From Synergistota bacterium (lineage in GTDB: Bacteria > Synergistota > GBS-1): DNA of 64,000 nt. Made by a program: the position numbers and the translations under genes. The DNA lies in the NCBI GenBank assembly GCA_021159885.1, contig JAGHDO010000033.1, forward strand, positions 7,370-71,369, given 5' to 3'. The notes beneath the pieces are model-generated. The model had not been told where the DNA came from and did not search any database. It saw only the letters and a list, made by a program, of their open reading frames with translations. The first letter of the stretch is position 1. Every line of letters starts with the position of its first letter. Shown in pieces: positions 53,235 through 62,213 of this stretch.

Positions 53235-53530
53235 TCAAGCCTCCCAGCTTCCCAAAAGAAAACCTCAAGCCCCTCTTTTCTCACCTCTTCTCTCTCCCTC
53301 ATTTTTCTCAAAGCCTCTAAAAGCCGCTCCGCTTTCTCATCCTCCGCGATAACGAAAAATGCCTCGTTTAAGGAAGGCCATATTGGAGTCCCCAGATGAG
53401 GACCACTTCCACCAACACCTTTCACTCCGCTCCACTGAGTATAGCCATCTGTATCGGCACCCTCCAAAACTGCCTTTATATCCTCCTCAAGCACTGAATT
53501 CCCCACTATAAGAATAGCTTTCACACTCAT
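53231..53530 (-). CDS. Small PII-like (GlnB/CutA-fold) protein of unknown function
   Basis: 99 aa. A beta-alpha-beta pattern aligns by eye to GlnB: VKAILIV..EEDIKAVLEGADTDGYTQWSGVKGVG..EAFFVIAEDE..LEVFFWEAGR. Confidence 0.4.
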   Translation of the reverse strand: MSVKAILIVGNSVLEEDIKAVLEGADTDGYTQWSGVKGVGGSGPHLGTPIWPSLNEAFFVIAEDEKAERLLEALRKMREREEVRKEGLEVFFWEAGRLE

Positions 53531-53581
53531 CCCCTCCCATACTTCGGTGCTATAATAGATTCTATAAAGGGGGCAACCATC

Positions 53582-55054
53582 TTGAAAAAAGCGTTGATAG
53601 TAACCTTAATAATTATAGCATTTTTTTCACCCACAGCTTGTTTATACGCAAAGCCAATAACATGGGATCGCTTTACCACGGATTTACTTGTTATATCCAA
53701 GCTTCACCTCGATCTCCCTTTAACGAAATCAGCGTTGAAGGGAGCCAGAAATTATCCTATATCGAGAGCAGAAGCTATTTATCTGCTTGTAGGATCATTA
53801 GGGTTAAATTTCGAGGCAAATCTTCTTAAGAACATTTTTTCCATCCCTCAGATTAAAAAATGCCCGTATTTCCTTAGAGGAGCGATTAATCTTGCAATGT
53901 TTTCCAAACCCCCAATAATTAATAAGAAGCTGGTGAATCTCAAATGGCTCAAAGGAAGCTTAAGCGAAAGCGAGGCTAAAACGCTCATTAGGAGAGCCCT
54001 TTTTCTTAGGAAAAACGGCTTAAAGATAGAATGGACAGAAAAAATAAGCAAAGATCTCGTGCTTCACTGGGAAAGAAAGCTGGATCCTCCCTTGTACATT
54101 TGCTATCTCAAGCTAAATCTGAGATCTAAAAATCTTAAGCTGATTCCCGAACTCGCTGGAACACACATTCAGGATAAAGAAAAGCTAAGCGAAATGTGCA
54201 AAAGAAAGAAAGCTATCGCTGGAATTAACGGCGGATTTTTCGCTCCGGATGGAGATCCAATAGGAGCTCTCATGATAGACGGAGTACTTATAAGTGAACC
54301 TTTCCCGCACCGTGGATGCTTTGGCTGGAACGATCACGGAGAGTTCGTATTCGGAATGGTAGATTGGGAAGGAGAGTTAAGAAGCAACTCGGGTATCGTT
54401 GTACCTATAGATGGATTAAACAGAAAACCAATAGGAAACGAGGTTATACTCTATACCCCATTTTACGGTGAAAAGGTCGATCTCAAGAAAGGTGGCGTTG
54501 AAGTTGTGGTGAGAAATTGGGAGGTCAGCCTGGTAAGAGAAAGCGGGGAACATTACATCCCGAGGGATGGTTTTATAATAGCTGGATATGGAGAAAAGGG
54601 AGGGCTTTTATCCCGTCTAAGAAAGGGAGAAAGGATAGAAATACATGCTTATCTAATGCCAACCGAGAAAAAAACCATCTGGAGAAGAATAACTTATCTT
54701 ATTCAAGGCGGTCCCACTTTGATAAAAAACTACAAAATCGTTAACTACGATGAAAACTTCAAAGAAAGTTTCCTTGAGAAAAAGCACCCCCGCACGATAA
54801 TAGGTGAAACTCGCAATGGCGATCTCATTCTTATGATAGTTGATGGCAGAAATGCTTATCATAGTGAAGGTTTAACCATCCACGAGCTCAAGGAACTTTT
54901 AGCAAGCATGAAGATTAAAAATGCCCTTAATCTCGATGGGGGAGGTTCAACATGTATATGTTTTAACAACCAGCTATACAATCTTCCTTCCGACTCGGGA
55001 AAGGAAAGAAAGATAAGCTACGGTTTACTCATCCTCCCGAAGAATGAGCGCTAA
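53582..55054 (+). CDS. Secreted phosphodiester glycosidase family protein (DUF2233/NAGPA-like) with an N-terminal domain of unknown function
   Basis: Signal peptide. GINGGFFAPDGDPIGALMIDGVLISEPF and NALNLDGGGS are characteristic of the family. Upstream -10 TATAAT. Confidence 0.65.
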   Translation: MKKALIVTLIIIAFFSPTACLYAKPITWDRFTTDLLVISKLHLDLPLTKSALKGARNYPISRAEAIYLLVGSLGLNFEANLLKNIFSIPQIKKCPYFLRGAINLAMFSKPPIINKKLVNLKWLKGSLSESEAKTLIRRALFLRKNGLKIEWTEKISKDLVLHWERKLDPPLYICYLKLNLRSKNLKLIPELAGTHIQDKEKLSEMCKRKKAIAGINGGFFAPDGDPIGALMIDGVLISEPFPHRGCFGWNDHGEFVFGMVDWEGELRSNSGIVVPIDGLNRKPIGNEVILYTPFYGEKVDLKKGGVEVVVRNWEVSLVRESGEHYIPRDGFIIAGYGEKGGLLSRLRKGERIEIHAYLMPTEKKTIWRRITYLIQGGPTLIKNYKIVNYDENFKESFLEKKHPRTIIGETRNGDLILMIVDGRNAYHSEGLTIHELKELLASMKIKNALNLDGGGSTCICFNNQLYNLPSDSGKERKISYGLLILPKNER

Positions 55055-56015
55055 CATCTTGAAGATACTCCTCCAATAGTTTTTTAGTTAGCTTTTTGCA
55101 CTCTGCTACCTCCATTATTATCTCTTGAGAAGTGATCTCAACATTAACAAGCTCATCTTCAAGAACTCTCTGGGCCCTCTTCTTTATAAACTCAAGCTTC
55201 TTATCGAGAGTAAAGATGACCTTTAATATCTCGCCCTTAAGCTCCTTTAATCTCTTCTCCCCGTTTTTCTCGCTCCTCTCGATCCTTAGCACCTTTAAAG
55301 CTACATCCTCTATCTGTTTCATGGTAAACGGCTTTATTATGTAATCGCCTGCTCCCTTTTTCTTCGCCTTCTTAGCCACGACTTCATCATCTACTACGGT
55401 GACCATTATGACATGAGTTTCTTCACGCTCCGTTTTTATTTTTTCTAAAACCTCAAGCCCATTTATCCCGGGTAAAAGATAATCAAGAAAAACGAGATCA
55501 TATCCTTTTTCCTTGAAAAGCTCCATTCCTCGCTCGCCATCCTCCGCTGTCTCAACCTGTCTAAAGCCTATTTTCCTAAGCGTATCTTCAAGAACCTGCC
55601 TCTGAAGTGGATCATCCTCGATAACTAAAATCTTAGTATCAAGCTTTATTATGAGGGAGCTTAAAGAATCCTTAAGCGTGCGAGCTAAGATATCCGCTCG
55701 GGTCTTAACTACATAATCGTCCAACCCCTCCTCAAGAAGCTTCATTACCTCATCCTCATCCTTTTCAGTAGAAGTAAGCATTATTACACCTATACGCTTG
55801 TCCCTTTCCCTGATTCTCTTAAGCTCCTGAACGCCATCTATATCCTCAAGGACATAGTTCAGAATCACGATATCATACTTACCCTCCTCGAGTTTCTCCT
55901 CAAGCTCCTTTCTCGAGGAGACAATATCGATGTCCTCAAATCCCTCCTTTTTTAGAATATCTCTACATATCTCTTGAACGAGATGGCTTTTCTCAACGAG
56001 AAGAACCTTTTTCAT
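55029..56015 (-). CDS. Dual-receiver response regulator with no output domain: REC1 is degenerate (phospho-Asp replaced by Asn; acidic pocket E-K) and REC2 is canonical; followed by a C-terminal coiled-coil tail
   Basis: REC1 has ...YDIVILNYVLEDIDG... REC2 has ...ILVIEDD...YDLVFLDYLLPGINGLEVL...GDYIIKPF. ATG overlaps the galT stop (ATGA). Confidence 0.8.
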   Translation of the reverse strand: MKKVLLVEKSHLVQEICRDILKKEGFEDIDIVSSRKELEEKLEEGKYDIVILNYVLEDIDGVQELKRIRERDKRIGVIMLTSTEKDEDEVMKLLEEGLDDYVVKTRADILARTLKDSLSSLIIKLDTKILVIEDDPLQRQVLEDTLRKIGFRQVETAEDGERGMELFKEKGYDLVFLDYLLPGINGLEVLEKIKTEREETHVIMVTVVDDEVVAKKAKKKGAGDYIIKPFTMKQIEDVALKVLRIERSEKNGEKRLKELKGEILKVIFTLDKKLEFIKKRAQRVLEDELVNVEITSQEIIMEVAECKKLTKKLLEEYLQDVSAHSSGG

Positions 56016-57073
56016 CGCAACATCCCCTCCACAGCGTTATCTACCTCCCTGAGGTATTTAGCGGCTTCCTCGGGAGAAGTGGGATTTATGTAAAACCCAG
56101 TTCCCCACTCAAAGCCAGCCATTATAGTTAAACGGGGGACAAGCTCTATATGCCAGTGAAAATCCTCTCTTATAGTTCCCCAATAGTCGGGCTTACCCAG
56201 ACGGGGATGAAGCGAGGGAGCGGTGTGAATAACGAGATTATAAGGCGGATCATTCAAAGCCAGTTTAATCCTTAATAGCATGTCTTTAACAGCAAGAGCA
56301 AGATCTGGAAGTTCCTCATCGGGAATTTCAGCAAAGTCATAGCTATGTTTGATGGGGTAAAGCCTACACTCAAATGGAAAGCATGAAGCAAAAGGCGTAA
56401 ATAGAACGTAATTCTTACGAACCTTTACTATCCTTTCTCCAAATCTCATCTCATCTCGAAGGATATCACAGAAAATACAGCGTTCCTTTCTGGAAAAGTG
56501 CGCACGCGCAACGCTCAACTCCTCCTTCACTACCTTAGGAGTAATAGGCGTAGCTATTATCTGGCTATGCGGATGAGAAAGTGAAGCACCCGCTATGCTC
56601 CTATAGTTCCTGAAAATTAAAACATATCGAAATCTCTCATCGGCTCTTAGCGCTCTTAACCTAAGTTTATACACGCTTAAAACCTTTACTATCTGTTCCA
56701 ACGGGAGATCTCCCAAGCCCTTACCATGCTCCGGAGACTCTATAATGACCTCATGTGCTCCCACACCGCTCATACGATCATATAACCCAATGCCCTCTCT
56801 CTCTATCTTACCCTCAAGCTTAAGAGCAGGATATTTATTGGGTATAACCCTAACGCTCCACCCGGGTTTATTGGGCTCCGTACCTTCCTCGCGAATGGCA
56901 AAGATCTCCGGGGGAGTTTTATCCTCATTCCCAGGGCAGAAGGGACATTCCCCTTCTTCCTTCTTTTCCTCAGAGAGAACCGAAAAATCATGCGGTCGCT
57001 TTGCCCTCTCAGTGGATATAATAACCCACGTGCCCTTTAACGGATCATGCCTGAGCTCCGGCAAATTAACCAC
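56012..57073 (-). CDS. galT: Galactose-1-phosphate uridylyltransferase-family (HIT-like) nucleotidyltransferase
   Basis: CPFCPGNE zinc motif and SHPHSQI (HxHxQ) active site. Confidence 0.75.
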   Translation of the reverse strand: MVNLPELRHDPLKGTWVIISTERAKRPHDFSVLSEEKKEEGECPFCPGNEDKTPPEIFAIREEGTEPNKPGWSVRVIPNKYPALKLEGKIEREGIGLYDRMSGVGAHEVIIESPEHGKGLGDLPLEQIVKVLSVYKLRLRALRADERFRYVLIFRNYRSIAGASLSHPHSQIIATPITPKVVKEELSVARAHFSRKERCIFCDILRDEMRFGERIVKVRKNYVLFTPFASCFPFECRLYPIKHSYDFAEIPDEELPDLALAVKDMLLRIKLALNDPPYNLVIHTAPSLHPRLGKPDYWGTIREDFHWHIELVPRLTIMAGFEWGTGFYINPTSPEEAAKYLREVDNAVEGMLR

Positions 57074-57152
57074 CCCTTTTAAAATATTAACATATATGCT
57101 ATCATCAGAAAAGCCTTATCACCAAAAAGAAAATACAAAGGGGAGAAAAAAA

Positions 57153-58871
57153 ATGAAAGGTGCAAGAGTACTTTTAGAGATGCTAAAAAGATATGATGTA
57201 AAACACATTTTTGGTCTACCGGGTGAGACAACGATACCTCTGTATGTTGAATGGAGTAAATTCCCTGAGATAAAGCATGTTCTCACGAGAGATGAAAGAA
57301 GCGCATCCTTTATGGCAGATGCTTATGCCAAAGTAAGCCTTAAGCCAGGAATATGCGAATCTCCAAGCGTTGGAGCTACACATGTAGTTCCAGGAATAGC
57401 TGAAGCTTATAAATCATCCGTGCCGCTAATAGTATTCACGACCGATGTACCCCTGCATCTCGAGAAGAAAAACATGCTAACGGGCTTTGAGCAAACTCCT
57501 CTTTTCACCTCCATAACCAAGGAAAGCTTAACTATATTAAAAGCATCAGAAATTCCATTTATTCTAAGACGAGCATTCAGAATGGCAACGACTGGCAGGC
57601 CGGGACCCGTGCATATAAGGGTTCCACAGAACGTGCTGGAAGAAGAGATAACATCAGCAGATCTGAGAGTTCAAAAGGAGTTTTCAAAGTATCCTGGGCA
57701 TCGCCCAATAGCGGATAAAGGGGAAATTAAGAAGGCCGTTAAGCTATTGCTTAAAAGCGAAAAACCATTAATTATATGCGGTCAGGGAGTCTTATACTCC
57801 CAAGCTTGGGAGGAAATAAAGGAGCTCGCGGAGCTCCTTGCAATACCTGTGGGAACTACCATTTCAGGAAAGGGAAGCTTCCCTGAAAGACATCCCCTAT
57901 CAATAGGTGTGATAGGAATCAGAGGAGGCACTATCGTATCAAATAAAGTGGTAGAAGAATCGGATCTCATCTTCTATGTCGGATGCAATACCGATTACGT
58001 CACAACAGATGGATGGAAACTACCATCAGCAGATTCTGATAAGGCGATAATTCACCTGGATATAAGCGAAGCAGAGGTCTCCAATAACTATATCACAACA
58101 TCCGTTCTTATCGGAGATGCCAAAGCAACACTGAAAGAAATGATAAAAGTAATTAAGGATGAAATATCTCAACAAATAGATTTCCTAAATTCACCAAGGA
58201 TAAAGGCTTTAAATAAGAGCCTCAATGAATATAGAGAAGCACTGAGAGAAGGAAAAAGTCATTCCAAGATGTGTCCATTAGAAGTTATAGAAACGCTAAA
58301 TGAACTTCTCTCAGAAAGGGAATACATATTAGCAATAGATCCTGGTATAAGCGCCATCTACACATCCGCATTTTTTAAAGCGGATAAACCTGGTAGAAGA
58401 TTTCTCTTCAATTTCTCCCTTGGAGCCTTAGGATATGCCATACCAGCATCTATAGGAGCACATTATGCAAACCCAGAAATTCCAATAATAGCACTAACCG
58501 GGGATGGAAGCTTTGGTTTTACAGCCGGAGAGCTTGAAACCATAGCGAGAACCGAGGGAAATATAAAAATAATCCTGTTTAACAACGATAGTTTCGGCTG
58601 GATAAGGGCAACGATAAAGCTCCTCCAAAATGCCTCTCCCTTTGCCACCGACTTTAAAAAGGTAGATCACGCAAAAGTAGCTGAGGGTTTTGGTTTAAGA
58701 TCGTATAAAATCGAGAAAATCAACGATTTAAGAATACTACTTAAAGAAGAACTCACAAGAAATAGCCCAAGTTTCATAGAGCTTAATGTTGATCCTGAAG
58801 ACGAGCTTATTCCACCGGTTCCCTCATGGTTAAAAATAGCCAAAGAGAAGAAACTGGCACACATAGGATAA
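57153..58871 (+). CDS. Thiamine-pyrophosphate-dependent enzyme, acetolactate-synthase large-subunit family. The track ORF from 56745 is an artefactual 5' extension.
   Basis: Starts MKGARVLLEMLKRYDVKHIFGLPGETTIPL after an AAAGGGGAG RBS. TPP-binding GDG...NN motif present (LTGDGSFGF...LFNNDSFGW). Confidence 0.8.
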   Translation: MKGARVLLEMLKRYDVKHIFGLPGETTIPLYVEWSKFPEIKHVLTRDERSASFMADAYAKVSLKPGICESPSVGATHVVPGIAEAYKSSVPLIVFTTDVPLHLEKKNMLTGFEQTPLFTSITKESLTILKASEIPFILRRAFRMATTGRPGPVHIRVPQNVLEEEITSADLRVQKEFSKYPGHRPIADKGEIKKAVKLLLKSEKPLIICGQGVLYSQAWEEIKELAELLAIPVGTTISGKGSFPERHPLSIGVIGIRGGTIVSNKVVEESDLIFYVGCNTDYVTTDGWKLPSADSDKAIIHLDISEAEVSNNYITTSVLIGDAKATLKEMIKVIKDEISQQIDFLNSPRIKALNKSLNEYREALREGKSHSKMCPLEVIETLNELLSEREYILAIDPGISAIYTSAFFKADKPGRRFLFNFSLGALGYAIPASIGAHYANPEIPIIALTGDGSFGFTAGELETIARTEGNIKIILFNNDSFGWIRATIKLLQNASPFATDFKKVDHAKVAEGFGLRSYKIEKINDLRILLKEELTRNSPSFIELNVDPEDELIPPVPSWLKIAKEKKLAHIG

Positions 58872-58895
58872 GAAATATGGTGTATAATATTTCAC

Positions 58896-60026
58896 ATGAG
58901 GAACATAATCACTCTAACCATCACCATAATACTCTTAGTTTGCACAGTATTTTCTTGGTACTTTCTTCTTCCTCTTTACCTTAAAAGCTTAGGCGCTTCA
59001 GATAAGGCCATAAGCGTACTTTATTTTCTCTTTAACCTCGCCTTCTACATAGGTCAAATTCCTGGGGGCTTCCTCACAGACAGGATAGGAAGAAAGCCCA
59101 TAGTCGTGGGAACCACCTTGTTATACGCATTAGCCGGATACGGGATGGCTTTCTCCTCAAGCTGGATCGGCGTTTCGATCTTTTACATAATAAATGCGCT
59201 CTCAAGTTCCATTCAAATGCCAGCCATCTTAGCCCTCGTCTTCGAATCGCAGGAAAAGAAGGGAACATCCTTTGGCATGACAAGCTTCTCTTTTAACCTT
59301 GGAATAGCAATAGGACCATTTATAGGAGCAATGCTACTCGAAAGAATAGGAATAAAGGGATTATTAACTATCTACTCTATTGCAGCTTTATCGATGGGAG
59401 TAGCACGTTGGATCTTTTTAGAGGAAACCTTAAGAGCGACAGGGCATGAACATGGCTCTCTTAAGGATTTACGGATGAATAGAACGAGGCTACTAACCAT
59501 AATAGGAGGCACTCTCTTCTTTATGAGCTTATCCCTTACCTTAAACGGACCATACATATCCCTTTTTCAGAAGGAAGGTCTCGGTCTATCCGAACCTGAG
59601 ATAAACATCATTTTCTCAAAGGCGGGTATAATATCTGCAATCGGCGTGCTCATATTTGGCAAAATAGCTGATAGAATAGATCCAGCAAAATCGTGGGCAA
59701 TTTCTTCTCTCTTACACCCCTTGCTTCTGCTTGGATGGGCTCTGCTTAAGGGCTGTCTTCCCCTGCTTTTCATCTCTATACTCTTAGCAGAAATATGTTA
59801 TGTGGTTTATCCAATATTCGTCTCAACGATATTCTCAGAAAGCTCAAGAGGAAGGGGACTGGGGATCTTTGGATTTATAACAGGAAGTATAGGTTCCCTC
59901 TCTCCTCTATTGGTAAACGCCTTAAGTGGAATCACGGAATTTTTCACGCCATTTCTCTTAGCCTTAGGTTTTGGGGCGGGGGCTTTTGGGATTATAATAA
60001 AGGTAGGAGGTGAAAGAAGAGCATGA
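58896..60026 (+). CDS. MFS transporter
   Basis: 12-TM profile; DRIGRK motif in loop 2-3. Confidence 0.75.
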   Translation: MRNIITLTITIILLVCTVFSWYFLLPLYLKSLGASDKAISVLYFLFNLAFYIGQIPGGFLTDRIGRKPIVVGTTLLYALAGYGMAFSSSWIGVSIFYIINALSSSIQMPAILALVFESQEKKGTSFGMTSFSFNLGIAIGPFIGAMLLERIGIKGLLTIYSIAALSMGVARWIFLEETLRATGHEHGSLKDLRMNRTRLLTIIGGTLFFMSLSLTLNGPYISLFQKEGLGLSEPEINIIFSKAGIISAIGVLIFGKIADRIDPAKSWAISSLLHPLLLLGWALLKGCLPLLFISILLAEICYVVYPIFVSTIFSESSRGRGLGIFGFITGSIGSLSPLLVNALSGITEFFTPFLLALGFGAGAFGIIIKVGGERRA

Positions 60027-60505
60027 GTAAAAGCAGAAAAATTGCACTCTTTTCAATTTATAGCGCGCTTGTGTGCGTTGCAACATTCATACACGTTCCA
60101 GTTCCAGGATTTAGGATCTACTTTAACCTCGGTGAGGGAGCGATATATACCATAGCCATCCTTTTTGGCGCCTTTGCAGGGGGAATAGCTGGTGGGCTGG
60201 GATCGGCATTAGCAGATCTTCTTTTAGGTTATCCTCTTTGGGCACCGTTTACCCTTATAATCAAGGGGACCGAGGGATTCATCGTTGGAAAGCTGGCACG
60301 CCATAATAAACCTCTTGCCTTAACCATTGGTGCGGCTATAATGATAAGCGGATACGCTATCTCCGCAGGTCTCCTTTACGGATGGGGAGCTGCTCCCGTG
60401 GAAGCGATTACCGATATAACCCAATGCTCGGTTGGGGTTCTCATAGCTGTCCCGCTGGTCAGAGTGCTCCAAAAGAGCGTTATTGAAAAGGTCGAGAAAA
60501 GTTAA
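60023..60505 (+). CDS. Small polytopic membrane protein, ECF-transporter S-component-like (ThiW/QueT-like)
   Basis: 160 aa, ~5 TM helices, Gly-rich helix GGIAGGLGSALADLLLG; translationally coupled to the MFS gene. Confidence 0.4.
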   Translation: MSKSRKIALFSIYSALVCVATFIHVPVPGFRIYFNLGEGAIYTIAILFGAFAGGIAGGLGSALADLLLGYPLWAPFTLIIKGTEGFIVGKLARHNKPLALTIGAAIMISGYAISAGLLYGWGAAPVEAITDITQCSVGVLIAVPLVRVLQKSVIEKVEKS

Positions 60506-62213
60506 GATTCATCTATTAAAACCCCAACAACCTTATGCCCATCAAGATAAGCGGAGAATATTCCCTCATATATCCGGAGAGAGGGATGTTCTCCGCGCTT
60601 ATATTCATGCGAATCAAACCAGGTTCTGTTAAAGATGTTTCCCTCCATACCCACAAATATAGGTAAATATAGTATTCCATCGAGCTCAAGATCAGCAAAA
60701 AAGTGCGTACCATATGAAAGCTCAGGCGTAAAACCCTTTTCCATCACCCCTATCTCAACTATCATGCCACAGTTTGATACCTCGCTGTATTCGACAGGGA
60801 CTCCTTGCCGGGGGTTGGAAGTCCCCCACCTCCCTGGACCTATGAGAATAAACTTCTCACCCTCAAGAGCTTTATTTATCCTCCCTATTTCACGCGCTAC
60901 CTTATGTGGATCGAATTTTTCCACGTACATCCAGGGATCGACGTAAACCAAGTAGCGAACTTTTTCTACCACACCATTAGTCAGCATTCTATTTCCCCGA
61001 AGTATAAGCCTCTCCTCAGGTATATTTTTAGGCACCGTGACCGGCCTATGGGATTCATAGCTCGAAAGAGGACGAAGCTGAACCAGCGCAAAAAAGCTTT
61101 CTACGGGCTCAGATGCAAACTCAACATCAACGGGGATACCCATTTCTTTCTCAAAGAGCTTGAAGAGAAAGCCCATAAGCTCGAAAAACTCCGGATGAGT
61201 GCTTGGGAAACCGTCAAAAGTGAAAATTATCTTGCCCTCCTTATGGGACGAATAGGGTGTTATCATATCCTCCGAATAAATGCTTGCAAGCCTGCTAAAA
61301 TTTCTATGATACTTTATCAAATCCTTCCTCGAGTTTATATTATAGGATTTAAATCCTCCACCCTCGAGATCAAGTAAATCAAAGGTCTCCTGAGAATATC
61401 TCATTATTTCAGTTGGATCATTTCCCTCAGGCCTCAAGCTTAGGTTAGTCAGAGAAAATATACGAGCGTAATTTCTACCCGTACATCTCGTACCTAACCC
61501 AAAGACGACCCTAACCATCCCATCTTCAACCCTAATCCTTTCTGTCCACCTGCGATAATTTCTCGAAAATCCCACTCCAGCTATCTCTGGATAGAACTCA
61601 CCTCCCCGTCTCTTTCCAATCAGCTGTTGAACTATTATCCCCATGCTCTCCCCTTCTAAGGAGTGCTTCTTCCTATATTCGAGAGCTACAGGACCATATG
61701 TGCTTGCGTAAACTTTCTTTATAGCACAGAGAAGCTCCCTTACTCTCTCTTCAAGGTCTCCCCTATTAGACACGAAGAGCGTCAGATATTTTCCCGCAAA
61801 GGAGTACTTTATACTATCCTCAAGAAGCGAGGAAGATCTAACCGCGAGAGGATAATCCATCTCGCAAAGCCATCTTCTCAAATCTTCTATCACTGCTTCA
61901 GGAAAAGAAGCATTTAAAAAGCCTTCTTTATATCCTCCCAGTTACCCGTGAAAATAACATCAGCAAGATCGTTTCCTTCCATAAATTCGTCGAAGATCTC
62001 CGTCGTTATAAACCGGCTCGGAGGTATATAAATGGGCCATGGAGGGATCCCCTCCATCCCCTCAAGAACTCTCTTAGCGAAAATAAGTCCCTTAGCCTTA
62101 CCTCCAACGCTTCCCTCGCCTATCAGATGACTCTTATCCTTAACGAGCTCCTTTGCATTTAAGGATAGATACCTTCGTAGCTTGATATTGCTTAGCAAAC
62201 TATCCCCCCTCAA
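60502..62213 (-). CDS. PEP-utilising-enzyme nucleotide-binding (PPDK_N) domain protein lacking the phospho-His and PEP-binding domains; split into 61914..62213 and 60502..61893 by a frameshift near an A5 run (61916-61920)
   Basis: The upstream piece carries GGKAKGL (GGKGANL-like). The downstream piece carries [26 protein letters not shown] (the VAVRSSATAEDLP..SFAGQ motif). One extra base in the T/A run reads ...[17 protein letters not shown]... continuously. Confidence 0.7.

Noticed and set aside
56745-57152. 5' extension making the TPP enzyme 708 aa
   Set aside because: The extension is antisense to galT and has no homology. A good RBS (AAAGGGGAG) precedes the ATG at 57153, where the conserved N-terminus begins.
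57074-57152. TPP riboswitch upstream of the TPP-enzyme/ThiW-like operon
   Set aside because: The region is 79 nt, AT-rich, and lacks the CUGAGA THI-box core.
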